In this document: one piece after another, positions 43,967 through 53,223 of the stretch
Layout: each line of letters starts with the position of its first letter
How positions within the stretch are numbered: the first letter of the stretch is position 1
Source of the DNA: Candidatus Shapirobacteria bacterium
GTDB lineage: Bacteria; Patescibacteriota; Microgenomatia; UBA12405; BS750m-G30
Assembly: GCA_043817235.1 (NCBI GenBank)
Contig: JBDRHA010000003.1
Span: 1-61,429 of the forward strand
Length of the DNA: 61,429 nucleotides
Direction: 5' to 3'
Position numbers and translations under genes: made by a program
The notes under the pieces: generated by a model
Told to the model about the DNA's origin: nothing
Seen by the model: the letters and a program-made list of their open reading frames with translations, nothing else
Database searches by the model: none

Positions 43967-44359
43967 CTATATTTTAGTAATGATAAAATAACTAGCTAGA
44001 GAAACTGAGGCTCCTAAGACTGTTCCCCAAACTATGTCTACAATTGTGACAATCAGCGGCCAGTCTTTAATCGTAGCAAGATTTGTCAAATCATAGGTAG
44101 CATAAGAAATAAGTCCAAGTAAGGCTCCCAAAAAAAGGGCTTGGGTCCAAGAGTTTTTCTCCAAGGCTGGTAAAACCGAAAAAACTACCAACCCAACTAC
44201 AAAGAGTAAGTAAAATAAACCAGCGGCTGCAAAATTAACATTTGTCTTCATTAAATAGCCTAGGTATTTAGCATAAAAATTTTTGGCAATTAAAGTAAGC
44301 CAAACAAAATCAATTGCTAAAAAAACCGGCAGGGTAATTAAATAGGCTTTAATAAACAT
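43967..44359 (-). CDS. DUF2177-like small membrane protein
   Basis: Four TM segments; MFIKAYLITLPVFLAIDFVWLTLIAKNFY start resembles DUF2177 from memory. Confidence 0.5.
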   Translation of the reverse strand: MFIKAYLITLPVFLAIDFVWLTLIAKNFYAKYLGYLMKTNVNFAAAGLFYLLFVVGLVVFSVLPALEKNSWTQALFLGALLGLISYATYDLTNLATIKDWPLIVTIVDIVWGTVLGASVSLASYFIITKI

Positions 44360-44360
44360 C

Positions 44361-44756
44361 TTAACGATTTAAATAAGTAATGGTTAATTGTAATACAGTT
44401 GCAAAGCTAACCCACAATAAATAGGGGATTTGTATAAAGGCAATCCATTTATGATGGGGATAAATAGCAACCATTGCCCAAATAAGGGTGACCAAGACGA
44501 GAAGGATGTCAATTGCCGCTAGTAAATTATTTCTTAATCCAAATTGCAGGGGAGTAAAGGCAAAGTTAAAAACAAGATTAAGGATAAATGGGAGCGCAAT
44601 CAAAAAAGAAATTCGCTTCTGAAAGGTTAATTGAAATACCTTGAAAAAGGAAATTGCAATCAAAACATAAAGAAAAGTCCAAACTGGACCGAAAAGCCAA
44701 GATGGTGGTGACCATGAGGGCCTAACCAGTTGTTGATACCAATTACTACTCTCCAT
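44361..44756 (-). CDS. tspO: TspO/MBR family tryptophan-rich sensory protein
   Basis: WYQQLVRPSWSPPSWLFGPVWTFLY, five TM segments. Confidence 0.75.
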   Translation of the reverse strand: MESSNWYQQLVRPSWSPPSWLFGPVWTFLYVLIAISFFKVFQLTFQKRISFLIALPFILNLVFNFAFTPLQFGLRNNLLAAIDILLVLVTLIWAMVAIYPHHKWIAFIQIPYLLWVSFATVLQLTITYLNR

Positions 44757-44847
44757 TGTATTAACTATAACAGATATTTAAAATCCATTCTACAAAGGAG
44801 AAAACGACTTATTCAAATAAACTAAAAGAAATTCATAGAAAACCTGA

Positions 44848-44898
44848 GTCCAGAACTACGGACAGAGTTCGAACCCTTTTTAGGGGAAAATTATATCC
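44848..44898. repeat. Cassette-associated repeat, copy C
   Basis: gtccagaactacggacagagttcgaaccctttttaggggaaaattatatcc; left flank 44828-44844 matches 45518-45534 (16/17). Confidence 0.8.
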
Positions 44899-44924
44899 TC
44901 GAAAACAAAAATACTTACCTAAAT

Positions 44925-45446
44925 TTATAAATACCTTTTTGAAGAGTAAATAGTATTTTGATTATTTTGCCTGTTGGCCACCAGAATGAAGTCAAAAAAA
45001 ACCATTTTTTTTACTTTTTCTAATTCTTTCATTGCTTTTTCCTGGTTTTCTTTAGAAACAAACCAAACTACTTTCGTATAGTAAGTGGCTATCACTCCTT
45101 TTGAAAAAAAATGAGAAGCTAGCTTTCTTATTTTTTCTGTTTGTTTAAGGTCAAATGACAAGGCTAGATGTTTTTCATCCTTAACAGTCACTCCCGAAGT
45201 TTTAATCTTAAAAGGAAGATAAGGCTTTAATTCTCTTAGCAGGTCCAAATAATTAGGCATTTCCCCAACCGGAACATCATTATTAATAACTAAAGATAAA
45301 TGATTAAAAATGCCATTAGCGTCACTATTTTTCGGTCTTTTACTAAACTTTGATTCTAATTTAGCAAAATACTTTTCTTGCTCCGGCTTCAGTCTTCCAA
45401 AAATGCCCAGAGCGTTAATAGTATTTGAGGTTGAAGAAAGTGCCAT
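44925..45446 (-). CDS. Hypothetical 173-aa protein (weak 2H-phosphoesterase-like HxS)
   Basis: Clean ORF; only NHLSLV reminiscent of an HxS/T motif, no second motif. Confidence 0.5.
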   Translation of the reverse strand: MALSSTSNTINALGIFGRLKPEQEKYFAKLESKFSKRPKNSDANGIFNHLSLVINNDVPVGEMPNYLDLLRELKPYLPFKIKTSGVTVKDEKHLALSFDLKQTEKIRKLASHFFSKGVIATYYTKVVWFVSKENQEKAMKELEKVKKMVFFDFILVANRQNNQNTIYSSKRYL

Positions 45447-45535
45447 GGCTTATTCTACCAAAAAACTCTCTCCATCTTTTAATTCTATCAAAAAATAGCC
45501 TATTTAATAAATTAGAAGAAATCCATAGAAAACCG

Positions 45536-45555
45536 TAGTCCAGGGGGTAAGATTC
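45536..45555. repeat. Duplicate of the tRNA-Tyr 3' end (copy D, att-like)
   Basis: tagtccagggggtaagattc, 20/20 identical to 45861-45880, which covers the last 17 nt of tRNA-Tyr plus 3 nt of trailer. Confidence 0.9.
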
Positions 45556-45559
45556 CCAA

Positions 45560-45858
45560 CTTCGCTAAAGCTTCGTAGGGCAAGCCAGTTAAACGAAAAA
45601 TCTCTTGCGCATAAAGGCAATACCTGATCCAGATTTCAGATATCTCTCAAACGAAACCGCTTGCTCCCTTGTTCTGAAAACACAATACCACTTTAATTTA
45701 TAATTTAAATTTGATTTTGTACTTTTTACTTCACCAGAAAAGTGTTTATTTAAACGATTTTTCAAGTCTTTTGTCGAACCAATGTAATATCTTCCAGTTT
45801 TCGAGTTTTTTAGTATATAAGTATAAAACATGGCCTGCTATCTGTAGCTTTAGCGAAA
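45560..45858 (-). mobile_element. 0.3-kb mini-element carrying only a GIY-YIG gene, bounded by 13-bp inverted repeats
   Basis: cttcgctaaagct (45560-45572) and its reverse complement agctttagcgaag (45846-45858) flank ORF 45589-45831; outside them lies the 20-nt duplication of the tRNA-Tyr end. Confidence 0.45.
45589..45831 (-). CDS. GIY-YIG (URI-domain) nuclease family protein, 80 aa
   Basis: FYTYILKNSKTGRYYIGSTKDLKNRLNKH = GIY...YIG...R...N signature. Confidence 0.85.
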   Translation of the reverse strand: MFYTYILKNSKTGRYYIGSTKDLKNRLNKHFSGEVKSTKSNLNYKLKWYCVFRTREQAVSFERYLKSGSGIAFMRKRFFV

Positions 45859-45863
45859 GATAG

Positions 45864-45947
45864 TCCAGGGGGTAAGATTCGAACCTACGTAGGGATAATC
45901 CCGCGGGTTTTACAGACCCGTGCGTTTGACCACTCCGCCACCCCTGG
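45864..45947 (-). tRNA. tRNA-Tyr (anticodon GTA), C1:G72, long variable arm, CCA not encoded
   Basis: Hand-folded on minus strand: acceptor ccagggg/cccctgg, D stem gcg/cgc, anticodon stem cgggt/acccg, loop ctGTAaa, 15-nt variable arm (ggga-tta-tccc), T arm gtagg-ttcgaat-cttac, discriminator A. Confidence 0.85.
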
Positions 45948-46104
45948 TGATTGGTATTTTACCGTTATTCTAGAATTGTTTCAAACTAAAGCGGACTTTT
46001 AAGAGGTTAGAAAAATATTATCCCAAAAACTAGCTAGATTTAAAGTTCTAATAATTCTTTCTTTTGCTCTCTTTTGTTCTTTTTTTTCTAATGTTTCTAG
46101 GTAC

Positions 46105-46665
46105 CTATATATAGTATATTTTCAATAATCGGCTCTTTTTATCTTCTTTTAAGAGAGTTGCATATTCTTTGTTGCTTTTTTTATTAAGCTTTTGCACTTC
46201 AAGAATCGCCTTTACTATTTCTTTTTTATCCTTGGTTTTTATTTTTACTTTAAATTTCTTTTCAAAATTTTCTAAATTAGCTAGTTCTCCTAAAACCAGG
46301 GTAGAGAAGAGGGGAGTGATAAAATTTTTAATAGCGATTATAAGGTTTGAATGATACTCGGCAAGGGCACCGTCAACTCCTAATTCTTTTTTAAATTCAT
46401 CCAAAAAATCAGTTGCTTTTTTATCTTTCTTAAAGATAGCATTAGATATTCGGGAGGTGAGATAATCATAAAGCCCGTTCCAATAGTATTGAGCATAGGC
46501 AAAATACAAAAGTTTTTCCCGATTATCTTTGGAAAGCTTGAGCATTTCCTTAACTCTGGGATTATTTTTTTTCTTTTTGGGATTTTTAAAACAAGCAACT
46601 AGATCCTGGGCTAGGGCAGCATCATTATAAGCATTTAGAAAGTAAAGATAGGGCTTGGGTCTCAT
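46105..46665 (-). CDS. Hypothetical 186-aa protein
   Basis: 4-nt overlap with the upstream Nudix gene; Lys-rich; no motif recognised. Confidence 0.55.
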   Translation of the reverse strand: MRPKPYLYFLNAYNDAALAQDLVACFKNPKKKKNNPRVKEMLKLSKDNREKLLYFAYAQYYWNGLYDYLTSRISNAIFKKDKKATDFLDEFKKELGVDGALAEYHSNLIIAIKNFITPLFSTLVLGELANLENFEKKFKVKIKTKDKKEIVKAILEVQKLNKKSNKEYATLLKEDKKSRLLKIYYI

Positions 46666-47147
46666 TGCAAATCTTTTAAAGTTTTAAGAACCAGTTTGTA
46701 CTGACCAGGAAAATTAAAGTGTTTTTTAAATTCAGCTTTCTTAATCCATTTTATTTTTTTAATCTCCCTGGGGTTTATTTTGATCTCGTTTTTATTTCCC
46801 GCAAATCTGACTAAGTATTGATCCTGCTCCTGTCCTTTCCAAGTTTTTCCTAGCCTTTGCAAGGTATTAGCAACTACTTTTTGAGGCCAAGGGAATTTAT
46901 TAACCATCTTGCTTTTTTTAATAATCTTAAATTGGTCGGTTCCCAGCTCTTCTTTTAATTCCCGAAGTAAAGCTTTTTTAGAAGTTTCGTTATTTTTAAT
47001 TCCTCCGCTCGGAAACTTCCAGTCCTTGTAAGAATAAGAAGATCCTTGAACAATCAAGTAATTGTTGTCTTGATCAATAATTATTCCTATTACTCCCTCT
47101 CTGTAGGAAAGATTATCTTTAGTCTTGAGGGCTTTATCAATTTTCAT
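46662..47147 (-). CDS. NUDIX hydrolase
   Basis: Nudix box GGIKNNETSKKALLRELKEELG. Confidence 0.85.
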   Translation of the reverse strand: MKIDKALKTKDNLSYREGVIGIIIDQDNNYLIVQGSSYSYKDWKFPSGGIKNNETSKKALLRELKEELGTDQFKIIKKSKMVNKFPWPQKVVANTLQRLGKTWKGQEQDQYLVRFAGNKNEIKINPREIKKIKWIKKAEFKKHFNFPGQYKLVLKTLKDLQ

Positions 47148-47231
47148 CTAATAGCATTATTATACTACGCCTAATTCCCAGCAATGATGATCCTAGAAGT
47201 TAGAATTCTTTAGATCTTGATATAATAGGCA

Positions 47232-48197
47232 ATGCTTATTACTAAAGTAAACATTGTTTTTAAGGCAGGGGATGGGGGAGACGGCATGGTTGCCTTCTAC
47301 AAATACCGCAAAGGCCCCAGCGGGGGAAACGGAGAAAGAGGAGGAAGCATCTACCTTTCTCCCACTACCAATATCTATGCCCTAAACTCACTGGCCAGAG
47401 CCCAAAAAATTGAGGCCCCAAAAGGGGGAAAAGGAATGATCGAGTGCAGAGACGGAAGAGCGGCCAAGGACTTGGAAATAAAACTCCCTGTTGGCACAAT
47501 GATTACTGATAAAAACTCCAGGGAAGTGTGGGAAATAACTAATGAAACAAAGCGTTTTTTGTTTTGCAAGGGAGGGGCAGGAGGAAGGGGTAATTATGAG
47601 TTGCGCTCCAGCACCAATGCCACTCCCCAAAATGCGGAAAAAGGAAAAGCGGGACAAGAGAGGGATTTGGAAATTAATCTTAAACTGATTGCTCAGTACG
47701 GGCTAATTGGTTTTCCCAATGCCGGGAAAAGCAGCCTTCTTAAGGAATTAACCGAGGCTCATCCAAAAATAGCCAGCTATCCTTTTACCACCTTAGAGCC
47801 TAATTTAGGAGAAATAAACGGGAAAGTTATTGCCGATATTCCCGGACTGATTAAAGGAGCTTCCGAAGGAAAAGGGTTGGGGATTAAGTTCTTGAAGCAT
47901 ATTGAGAAAGTTTCTCTTTTACTGCATTGTATTTCCTGTGAAGAGGAAGACTTGAGAGCCGCTTACCAGACAATAAGAAACGAGCTTAAAAAGTATAATC
48001 CTCAATTATTAAAACTTCCGGAAGTTATTTTACTAACCAAAACCGATTTAAAACCAAAAGCAGAAATTACCTCCTTGCTTAAAAAACTAAAAAGCCTAAA
48101 AAAAGAGGTAATTCCTGTCTCAATTCATAACCGGGAAAGTATTGAAAAGCTAAAAAAGCTTTTTGCTAAAAAAGGAAAAAGTGGTAAAGTAGATTAG
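47232..48197 (+). CDS. obg: GTPase Obg
   Basis: Gly-rich Obg fold FKAGDGGDGMVAF...GGNGERGGSIYL, G1 GFPNAGKSSLL, G3 DIPG, G4 TKTD. Confidence 0.9.
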   Translation: MLITKVNIVFKAGDGGDGMVAFYKYRKGPSGGNGERGGSIYLSPTTNIYALNSLARAQKIEAPKGGKGMIECRDGRAAKDLEIKLPVGTMITDKNSREVWEITNETKRFLFCKGGAGGRGNYELRSSTNATPQNAEKGKAGQERDLEINLKLIAQYGLIGFPNAGKSSLLKELTEAHPKIASYPFTTLEPNLGEINGKVIADIPGLIKGASEGKGLGIKFLKHIEKVSLLLHCISCEEEDLRAAYQTIRNELKKYNPQLLKLPEVILLTKTDLKPKAEITSLLKKLKSLKKEVIPVSIHNRESIEKLKKLFAKKGKSGKVD

Positions 48198-48241
48198 GTT
48201 ATTATTAATTGTTATCAATTATTTAAAAGAAAGATAAGAAA

Positions 48242-48505
48242 ATGGCTAAAACAAAGAAAAAAGAAACTTTTCGAGTAAACGGCGAGGAGCTAGTTAAAAA
48301 AGTTAAAGAACTGGTAAAAGAGGGGAATGTTCGCAAAGTAACTATTTCTGACAAAAAAGGAAATGAGCTTCTTAGTTTTCCTTTAACTATCGGTGTCGTA
48401 GGCACTCTTTTGGCTCCGGTTTTAGCGGGGCTGGGAGCTATTGCCGCTCTAATAGGGGAGTGCACCATTTCGGTGGAAAGAGTTTCGGTAAAAAAGAAAA
48501 GCTAA
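48242..48505 (+). CDS. DUF4342-like small protein
   Basis: ETFRVNGEELVKKVKELVKEGNVRKVTI...PLTIGVVGTLLAPVLAGLGAIAAL pattern recalled for DUF4342. Confidence 0.5.
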   Translation: MAKTKKKETFRVNGEELVKKVKELVKEGNVRKVTISDKKGNELLSFPLTIGVVGTLLAPVLAGLGAIAALIGECTISVERVSVKKKS

Positions 48506-48508
48506 AAT

Positions 48509-48529
48509 GCTCCTCCTGGAGCCTTTTTT
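48509..48529 (+). terminator. Weak intrinsic terminator after the DUF4342 gene
   Basis: gctcc-tcct-ggagc stem-loop followed by c-tttttt. Confidence 0.35.
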
Positions 48530-48647
48530 ACGCTCGAAATTTGACTGATTTTACAGTATAATATAATGTATATTACGAACATAAAACTTCTTTGGGCAGG
48601 CCCCATATCGCTCTGGCACGGGGCAGGGAAGTGCTAAGTTAAAATAA

Positions 48648-50576
48648 ATGAATAAGTCACAATATACCGGTGAACAGATTGTAGTGCTGGAAGGGCTTTC
48701 TCCAGTACGTAAAAGGCCAGCCATGTATATTGGCTCAACTGACACCAACGGCCTTCATCATTGCGTTAATGAGATTATTGACAATTCAATTGATGAAGCT
48801 TTGGCTGGCTTTGCCACCGATATTTGGGTAGTCTTAAACAAAGATGGGTCGGTTACTATTGGCGATAACGGCCGGGGCATTCCGGTAGACATTCTACCCA
48901 AGTATAAGGTTAGCGCCCTGGAAATTGTGATGACCAAACTCCACGCTGGCGGTAAATTTGACGGCAAAGCCTATAAAGTTTCCGGAGGATTGCACGGCGT
49001 AGGGTCAAGTGTGGTCAATGCCCTGTCTTCCTTTTTAAAAGTCGAAAGTCACCGAGACGGCAAAATTTATTTCCAGGAATATAACGAGGGGGTGCCCAAG
49101 AAGGCTGTTTCTGTAGCCAAAAAAAGTCATGCTCGGTTTTTGGAAAACTTTTTTCCGGCGAAATACACCGGAACTATCACCACCTTTAAACCCGACCCAA
49201 AGATTTTTAAAGAAACTACTAAATTTAGCTCTAAGCGGATTAAGCAGGCTTTGCGGCAAAGAGCCTACTTAGTGCCCAAGATTCATTTTCATTTTTATAA
49301 TCTCAAAAAAGGGAGCGAGTATCATTTTTACTTTGAAGGCGGACTAATTTCTTTATTGAATAGCCTTAACCGACACACCGAAACCCTACATGAACCAATT
49401 CTTATTCGGGCCGAAGAAAACGAGAAAGAAATAGAGGTTGCCCTGCAATATACTACCTCCACCAAAGAAAGCATTCACTCTTATGTTAATGTGATAAATA
49501 CGACCGAGGGAGGAACGCATGTGGCTGGCTTCAGGACCGCCATCACTCGCTCTTTAAAAGAATATGCCCAGAAAATAGAGAACTTAAAAGAAAAAGAAGA
49601 CCTAACCGGAGACGACACTCGAGAAGGAATTACAGCCGTAGTCTCGGTAAAAATGTCTTCTCGCGACCTGCAGTTCGAGGGCCAAACCAAAGGCAAACTA
49701 GGCAACAGCGAAATTCAGCCTTTAGTAGCTAAGGTAGTCAAAGAACAGCTTGATATGTATTTAGAAGAGCACCCGGCAGATGCCCGAGCCATCTTAGGCA
49801 AGGCCATGCTTGCTCTAAAAGCGCGAAAAGCAGCCAAGGCGGCCAAAGACTCTATTATGCGCAAAGGCGTGTTTGATTCTTTAGGCCTTCCTGGAAAGCT
49901 GGCCGACTGCCAAAGCAAACAACCTTCTGAAAGCGAGATTTTCATCGTTGAGGGCCCATCAGCTGGCGGAAGCGCCAAGCAAGGGAGAGATAGAAAATTT
50001 CAAGCCATTCTGCCTCTGGGCGGAAAAATCTTAAATACTGAGAAGGCCAGGCTAGACAGAATTATTGAATTTGAAGAACTTAAAGACCTTATTACCGCTT
50101 TAGGCATGGGTATTGGCGAGGCGGTTGATAAAAGCAAGCTTCGCTACCACCACGTTATTATTATGACTGATGCTGACGTTGACGGCGCCCACATCTGCAC
50201 ACTCCTTTTAACCTTTTTTTATCGACATCTGCCTGCTGTTATCGAAGGGGGCTATCTTTATATTGCCCAACCTCCCCTTTATAAAATTAGTAATCGTAAA
50301 GAAGAGCACTATGTTTTCACAGACAAGGAGAGAGAAGAGGTTCTGGCGAAAATTGGGGAAAGCGCTACCATTCAGCGCTATAAGGGCTTAGGCGAGATGA
50401 ATCCCGAGCAACTTTGGGAAACAACCATGAACCCCAAAAATCGCATTTTAAAAAAGGTCAACGTGGAGGATGCGCAAAAAGCCGATCAGGTTTTTCAAAC
50501 TCTTATGGGCAGTGAAGTTCCCCCCCGAAAGAAATTTATTCAAGTAAACGCCAAAATGGCTACTTTAGATATTTAA
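48648..50576 (+). CDS. gyrB: DNA gyrase subunit B
   Basis: GLEAVRKRPGMYIG-type start ([18 protein letters not shown]), GHKL ATPase, Toprim [32 protein letters not shown]. Confidence 0.97.
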   Translation: MNKSQYTGEQIVVLEGLSPVRKRPAMYIGSTDTNGLHHCVNEIIDNSIDEALAGFATDIWVVLNKDGSVTIGDNGRGIPVDILPKYKVSALEIVMTKLHAGGKFDGKAYKVSGGLHGVGSSVVNALSSFLKVESHRDGKIYFQEYNEGVPKKAVSVAKKSHARFLENFFPAKYTGTITTFKPDPKIFKETTKFSSKRIKQALRQRAYLVPKIHFHFYNLKKGSEYHFYFEGGLISLLNSLNRHTETLHEPILIRAEENEKEIEVALQYTTSTKESIHSYVNVINTTEGGTHVAGFRTAITRSLKEYAQKIENLKEKEDLTGDDTREGITAVVSVKMSSRDLQFEGQTKGKLGNSEIQPLVAKVVKEQLDMYLEEHPADARAILGKAMLALKARKAAKAAKDSIMRKGVFDSLGLPGKLADCQSKQPSESEIFIVEGPSAGGSAKQGRDRKFQAILPLGGKILNTEKARLDRIIEFEELKDLITALGMGIGEAVDKSKLRYHHVIIMTDADVDGAHICTLLLTFFYRHLPAVIEGGYLYIAQPPLYKISNRKEEHYVFTDKEREEVLAKIGESATIQRYKGLGEMNPEQLWETTMNPKNRILKKVNVEDAQKADQVFQTLMGSEVPPRKKFIQVNAKMATLDI

Positions 50577-50577
50577 A

Positions 50578-53223
50578 ATGAAAAAAGAAAAAACTATTTT
50601 ACAAGAGAACGAAAAAAATACGAGAAAAGGCAGAATCAGAACTGTTGGAATTGTGCCCGAGATGGAAAAGTCCTATTTAGACTACGCGATGAGCGTTATT
50701 GTGCAACGGGCTTTGCCCGAGGTGCGCGACGGGCTTAAGCCAGTTCACCGCCGGATCTTATATGCCATGCACCAGATGGGCTTAACTTATGGCTCCAGGC
50801 ACTCCAAGTCCGCCAAAATTGTCGGAGAGGTTTTGGGAAAATATCACCCTCATGGAGATATGGCCGTCTACGAATCTTTGGTCAGAATGGCCCAAAATTT
50901 TTCTTTGCGCTACCCATTAATTGATGGCCAAGGAAATTTTGGCTCCATTGATAATGATCCCCAAGCAGCTATGCGCTACACCGAAGCCCGAATGGCTAAA
51001 ATCAGCGCCGAAATGCTATCAGATATTAAAAAAGAAACTGTAGAATTCACTCCTAATTTTGATAATAGCTTAGACGAACCACTGGTGCTGCCTACTAAGT
51101 TGCCTAACCTCCTTTTAAACGGAGGCGATGGCATTGCTGTAGGCATGGCCACCAAAATTCCACCTCATAATTTGGAAGAAGTAGTCAGTGCCTGCATTGC
51201 CGTCTTAGAAGCAGGAAAACTGGAAAAACAGGAAGCTGAAGAAGAAAGCACAGAATTCCAAAAAATTGATCTCGTTCCCCAGGACGAAAAAGAAATAATC
51301 TTTAAAGAGGTTACTAAGCTTGAAAAAGAAAGGCTTGAATTTGAAACAGAGAGAACTTCTCAAGAATTACTAAAATATATTAAGGGCCCGGATTTTCCTA
51401 CCGGCGGCCAAATCTTTGACAAAGAGGCAATTTCCGAGATTTACACTACTGGCCGAGGCAAAGTCATTATTCGGGGAAAGGCAGAAATAGAAGAAGCTAA
51501 AGGAGGAAAATTTCAAATTATTATTTCGGAAGTTCCTTACCAAGTCAACAAAGCCCAAATGGTCGCTAAAATCGCTGATTTAGCTAAGGAAAAAAAGATT
51601 GTGGGAATTGCCGACCTTCGTGATGAATCTGACCAGAGAGGGATTCGGGTTGTGGTTGAGCTAAGAAAAACCTCCATGCCCAGATCTGTTTTAAACAAAC
51701 TCTATAAACTGACTCCTTTGCAAACCAGCTATCCGGCTAATGTTGTCGCTTTAGTTGACGGAATTCCTCAAACCTTAAATTTGCGCCAAATTTTGCTTCT
51801 CTTTATTCGCCACCGCCACCAAGTAATTCGGCGGCGAACTATTTTTGACCTTAAAGAAGCCAAGCTGCGCTCCCATATCCTGGAAGGATTAAAAATTGCT
51901 CTAGATAATCTAGATGCGGTCATTGAAACTATTAAAAAATCTAAAGATTCGGAAGCAGCCAAGATTAATTTGATGGAAAAGTTTAAATTAACTTCACTCC
52001 AGGCAACAGCTATTCTAGACATGCAGCTTCGCCGTTTAGCGGCCTTGGAAAGGCAGAAAATTGAAGACGAATATCAAGAAATTAAAAAATTTATGGACCT
52101 GCTTATCGCCATTCTAACCAAGCCTGAAAAAATGCTCGGGGTAATCAAAGACGAATTGCAACAGATCAAGGAAAAATATAAAGACAAAAGACGAACTAAA
52201 GTATTCTCCCAAAAAATAGGGAATTTTTCTGAAGAGGATCTAATACCAGACAAAAAAACAATTATAACCATTACTAAAACCGGCTATGTTAAGAGACTGC
52301 CGCCTTCCACTTTCCGCAGCCAGAGAAGGGGAGGGAAAGGAATAATGGGCATGACTAAAAAAGAAGAAGATGAAATTGAGCACTTTCTTTTTGCTCAAAC
52401 CCATGATGAAATTTTCTTTTTTACGGACAAGGGCAGGGTTTTCAAGCTCAGAGTTTGGGATATTCCCGAAGGGTCACGCCAGTCTAAAGGGCAGGCAATT
52501 ATTAACTTGATTAACATTGAGCAAAAGGAAAAAGTTCAAGCTGTTTTAACCGCAAAAAAGGACACCAAGGGTTACATTGCCATTGTCACCAAAAACGGAC
52601 AGATTAAAAAAACTGACTTAAAAAAGTTTGACAATATCCGAGTTTCGGGAATTATTGCTATCAGCTTAAAAAGCAATGACCAGGTGGTGGATGTCAAGCT
52701 TACGCAAGGAAATGATCAAATATTTATCGTCACTCAAAGCGGGAAATGCATTCGTTTTCCCGAAAGAGACGTTCGGCCCATGGGCCGGGATGTTCAGGGC
52801 GTAAAGGGAATTTCCTTAAAGGATCGCGACAAAGTAATTACCATGGACATTATCCCTGAAAAACTTCCTGAGCCGGAAGACAAGCGAAAAAAAGTTTACC
52901 GACACCTGTTGGTGGTGATGGAAAACGGAATCGGAAAAAGAACAGATGTTTATGATTATCCCTTGCAAAAGAGGGGCGGGGTGGGAGTAAAAGTAGCAAA
53001 CATTACGGCAAAAACCGGCCAGGTTTCCTGCGCCAAAGTAATTTCGGAAAAAGATGCCCAAGCAGTTTTAACTTCACGGCAAGCACAAGTTATTAAGCTT
53101 CCGATTAAAAATATTCCGGTTCTTTCTCGGGCTACCCAAGGAGTTATTTTAATGAGGCTAAAAAAAGAAAAAGGCAAAACAACCGATAAGCTGGCAGACA
53201 TCACTTGTTTAAAGAAAGCCTAA
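50578..53223 (+). CDS. gyrA: DNA gyrase subunit A
   Basis: [30 protein letters not shown], catalytic AMRYTE, GyrA-box QRRGGKG, beta-pinwheel repeats. Confidence 0.97.
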   Translation: MKKEKTILQENEKNTRKGRIRTVGIVPEMEKSYLDYAMSVIVQRALPEVRDGLKPVHRRILYAMHQMGLTYGSRHSKSAKIVGEVLGKYHPHGDMAVYESLVRMAQNFSLRYPLIDGQGNFGSIDNDPQAAMRYTEARMAKISAEMLSDIKKETVEFTPNFDNSLDEPLVLPTKLPNLLLNGGDGIAVGMATKIPPHNLEEVVSACIAVLEAGKLEKQEAEEESTEFQKIDLVPQDEKEIIFKEVTKLEKERLEFETERTSQELLKYIKGPDFPTGGQIFDKEAISEIYTTGRGKVIIRGKAEIEEAKGGKFQIIISEVPYQVNKAQMVAKIADLAKEKKIVGIADLRDESDQRGIRVVVELRKTSMPRSVLNKLYKLTPLQTSYPANVVALVDGIPQTLNLRQILLLFIRHRHQVIRRRTIFDLKEAKLRSHILEGLKIALDNLDAVIETIKKSKDSEAAKINLMEKFKLTSLQATAILDMQLRRLAALERQKIEDEYQEIKKFMDLLIAILTKPEKMLGVIKDELQQIKEKYKDKRRTKVFSQKIGNFSEEDLIPDKKTIITITKTGYVKRLPPSTFRSQRRGGKGIMGMTKKEEDEIEHFLFAQTHDEIFFFTDKGRVFKLRVWDIPEGSRQSKGQAIINLINIEQKEKVQAVLTAKKDTKGYIAIVTKNGQIKKTDLKKFDNIRVSGIIAISLKSNDQVVDVKLTQGNDQIFIVTQSGKCIRFPERDVRPMGRDVQGVKGISLKDRDKVITMDIIPEKLPEPEDKRKKVYRHLLVVMENGIGKRTDVYDYPLQKRGGVGVKVANITAKTGQVSCAKVISEKDAQAVLTSRQAQVIKLPIKNIPVLSRATQGVILMRLKKEKGKTTDKLADITCLKKA

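Noticed and set aside
42672-45947. Classical integron
   Set aside because: There is no IntI-type integrase or attI next to the array, and the repeats lack the attC R''/L''-L'/R' symmetry and GTTRRRY core as far as I can see by eye. I kept it only as an analogy in the finding.
48541-48567. Sigma70-like promoter for gyrB (TTGACT ... TATAAT)
   Set aside because: The spacing is only 15 nt (or 10 nt for the other TATAAT), and promoter consensus in this lineage is unknown, so I did not report it as a feature.
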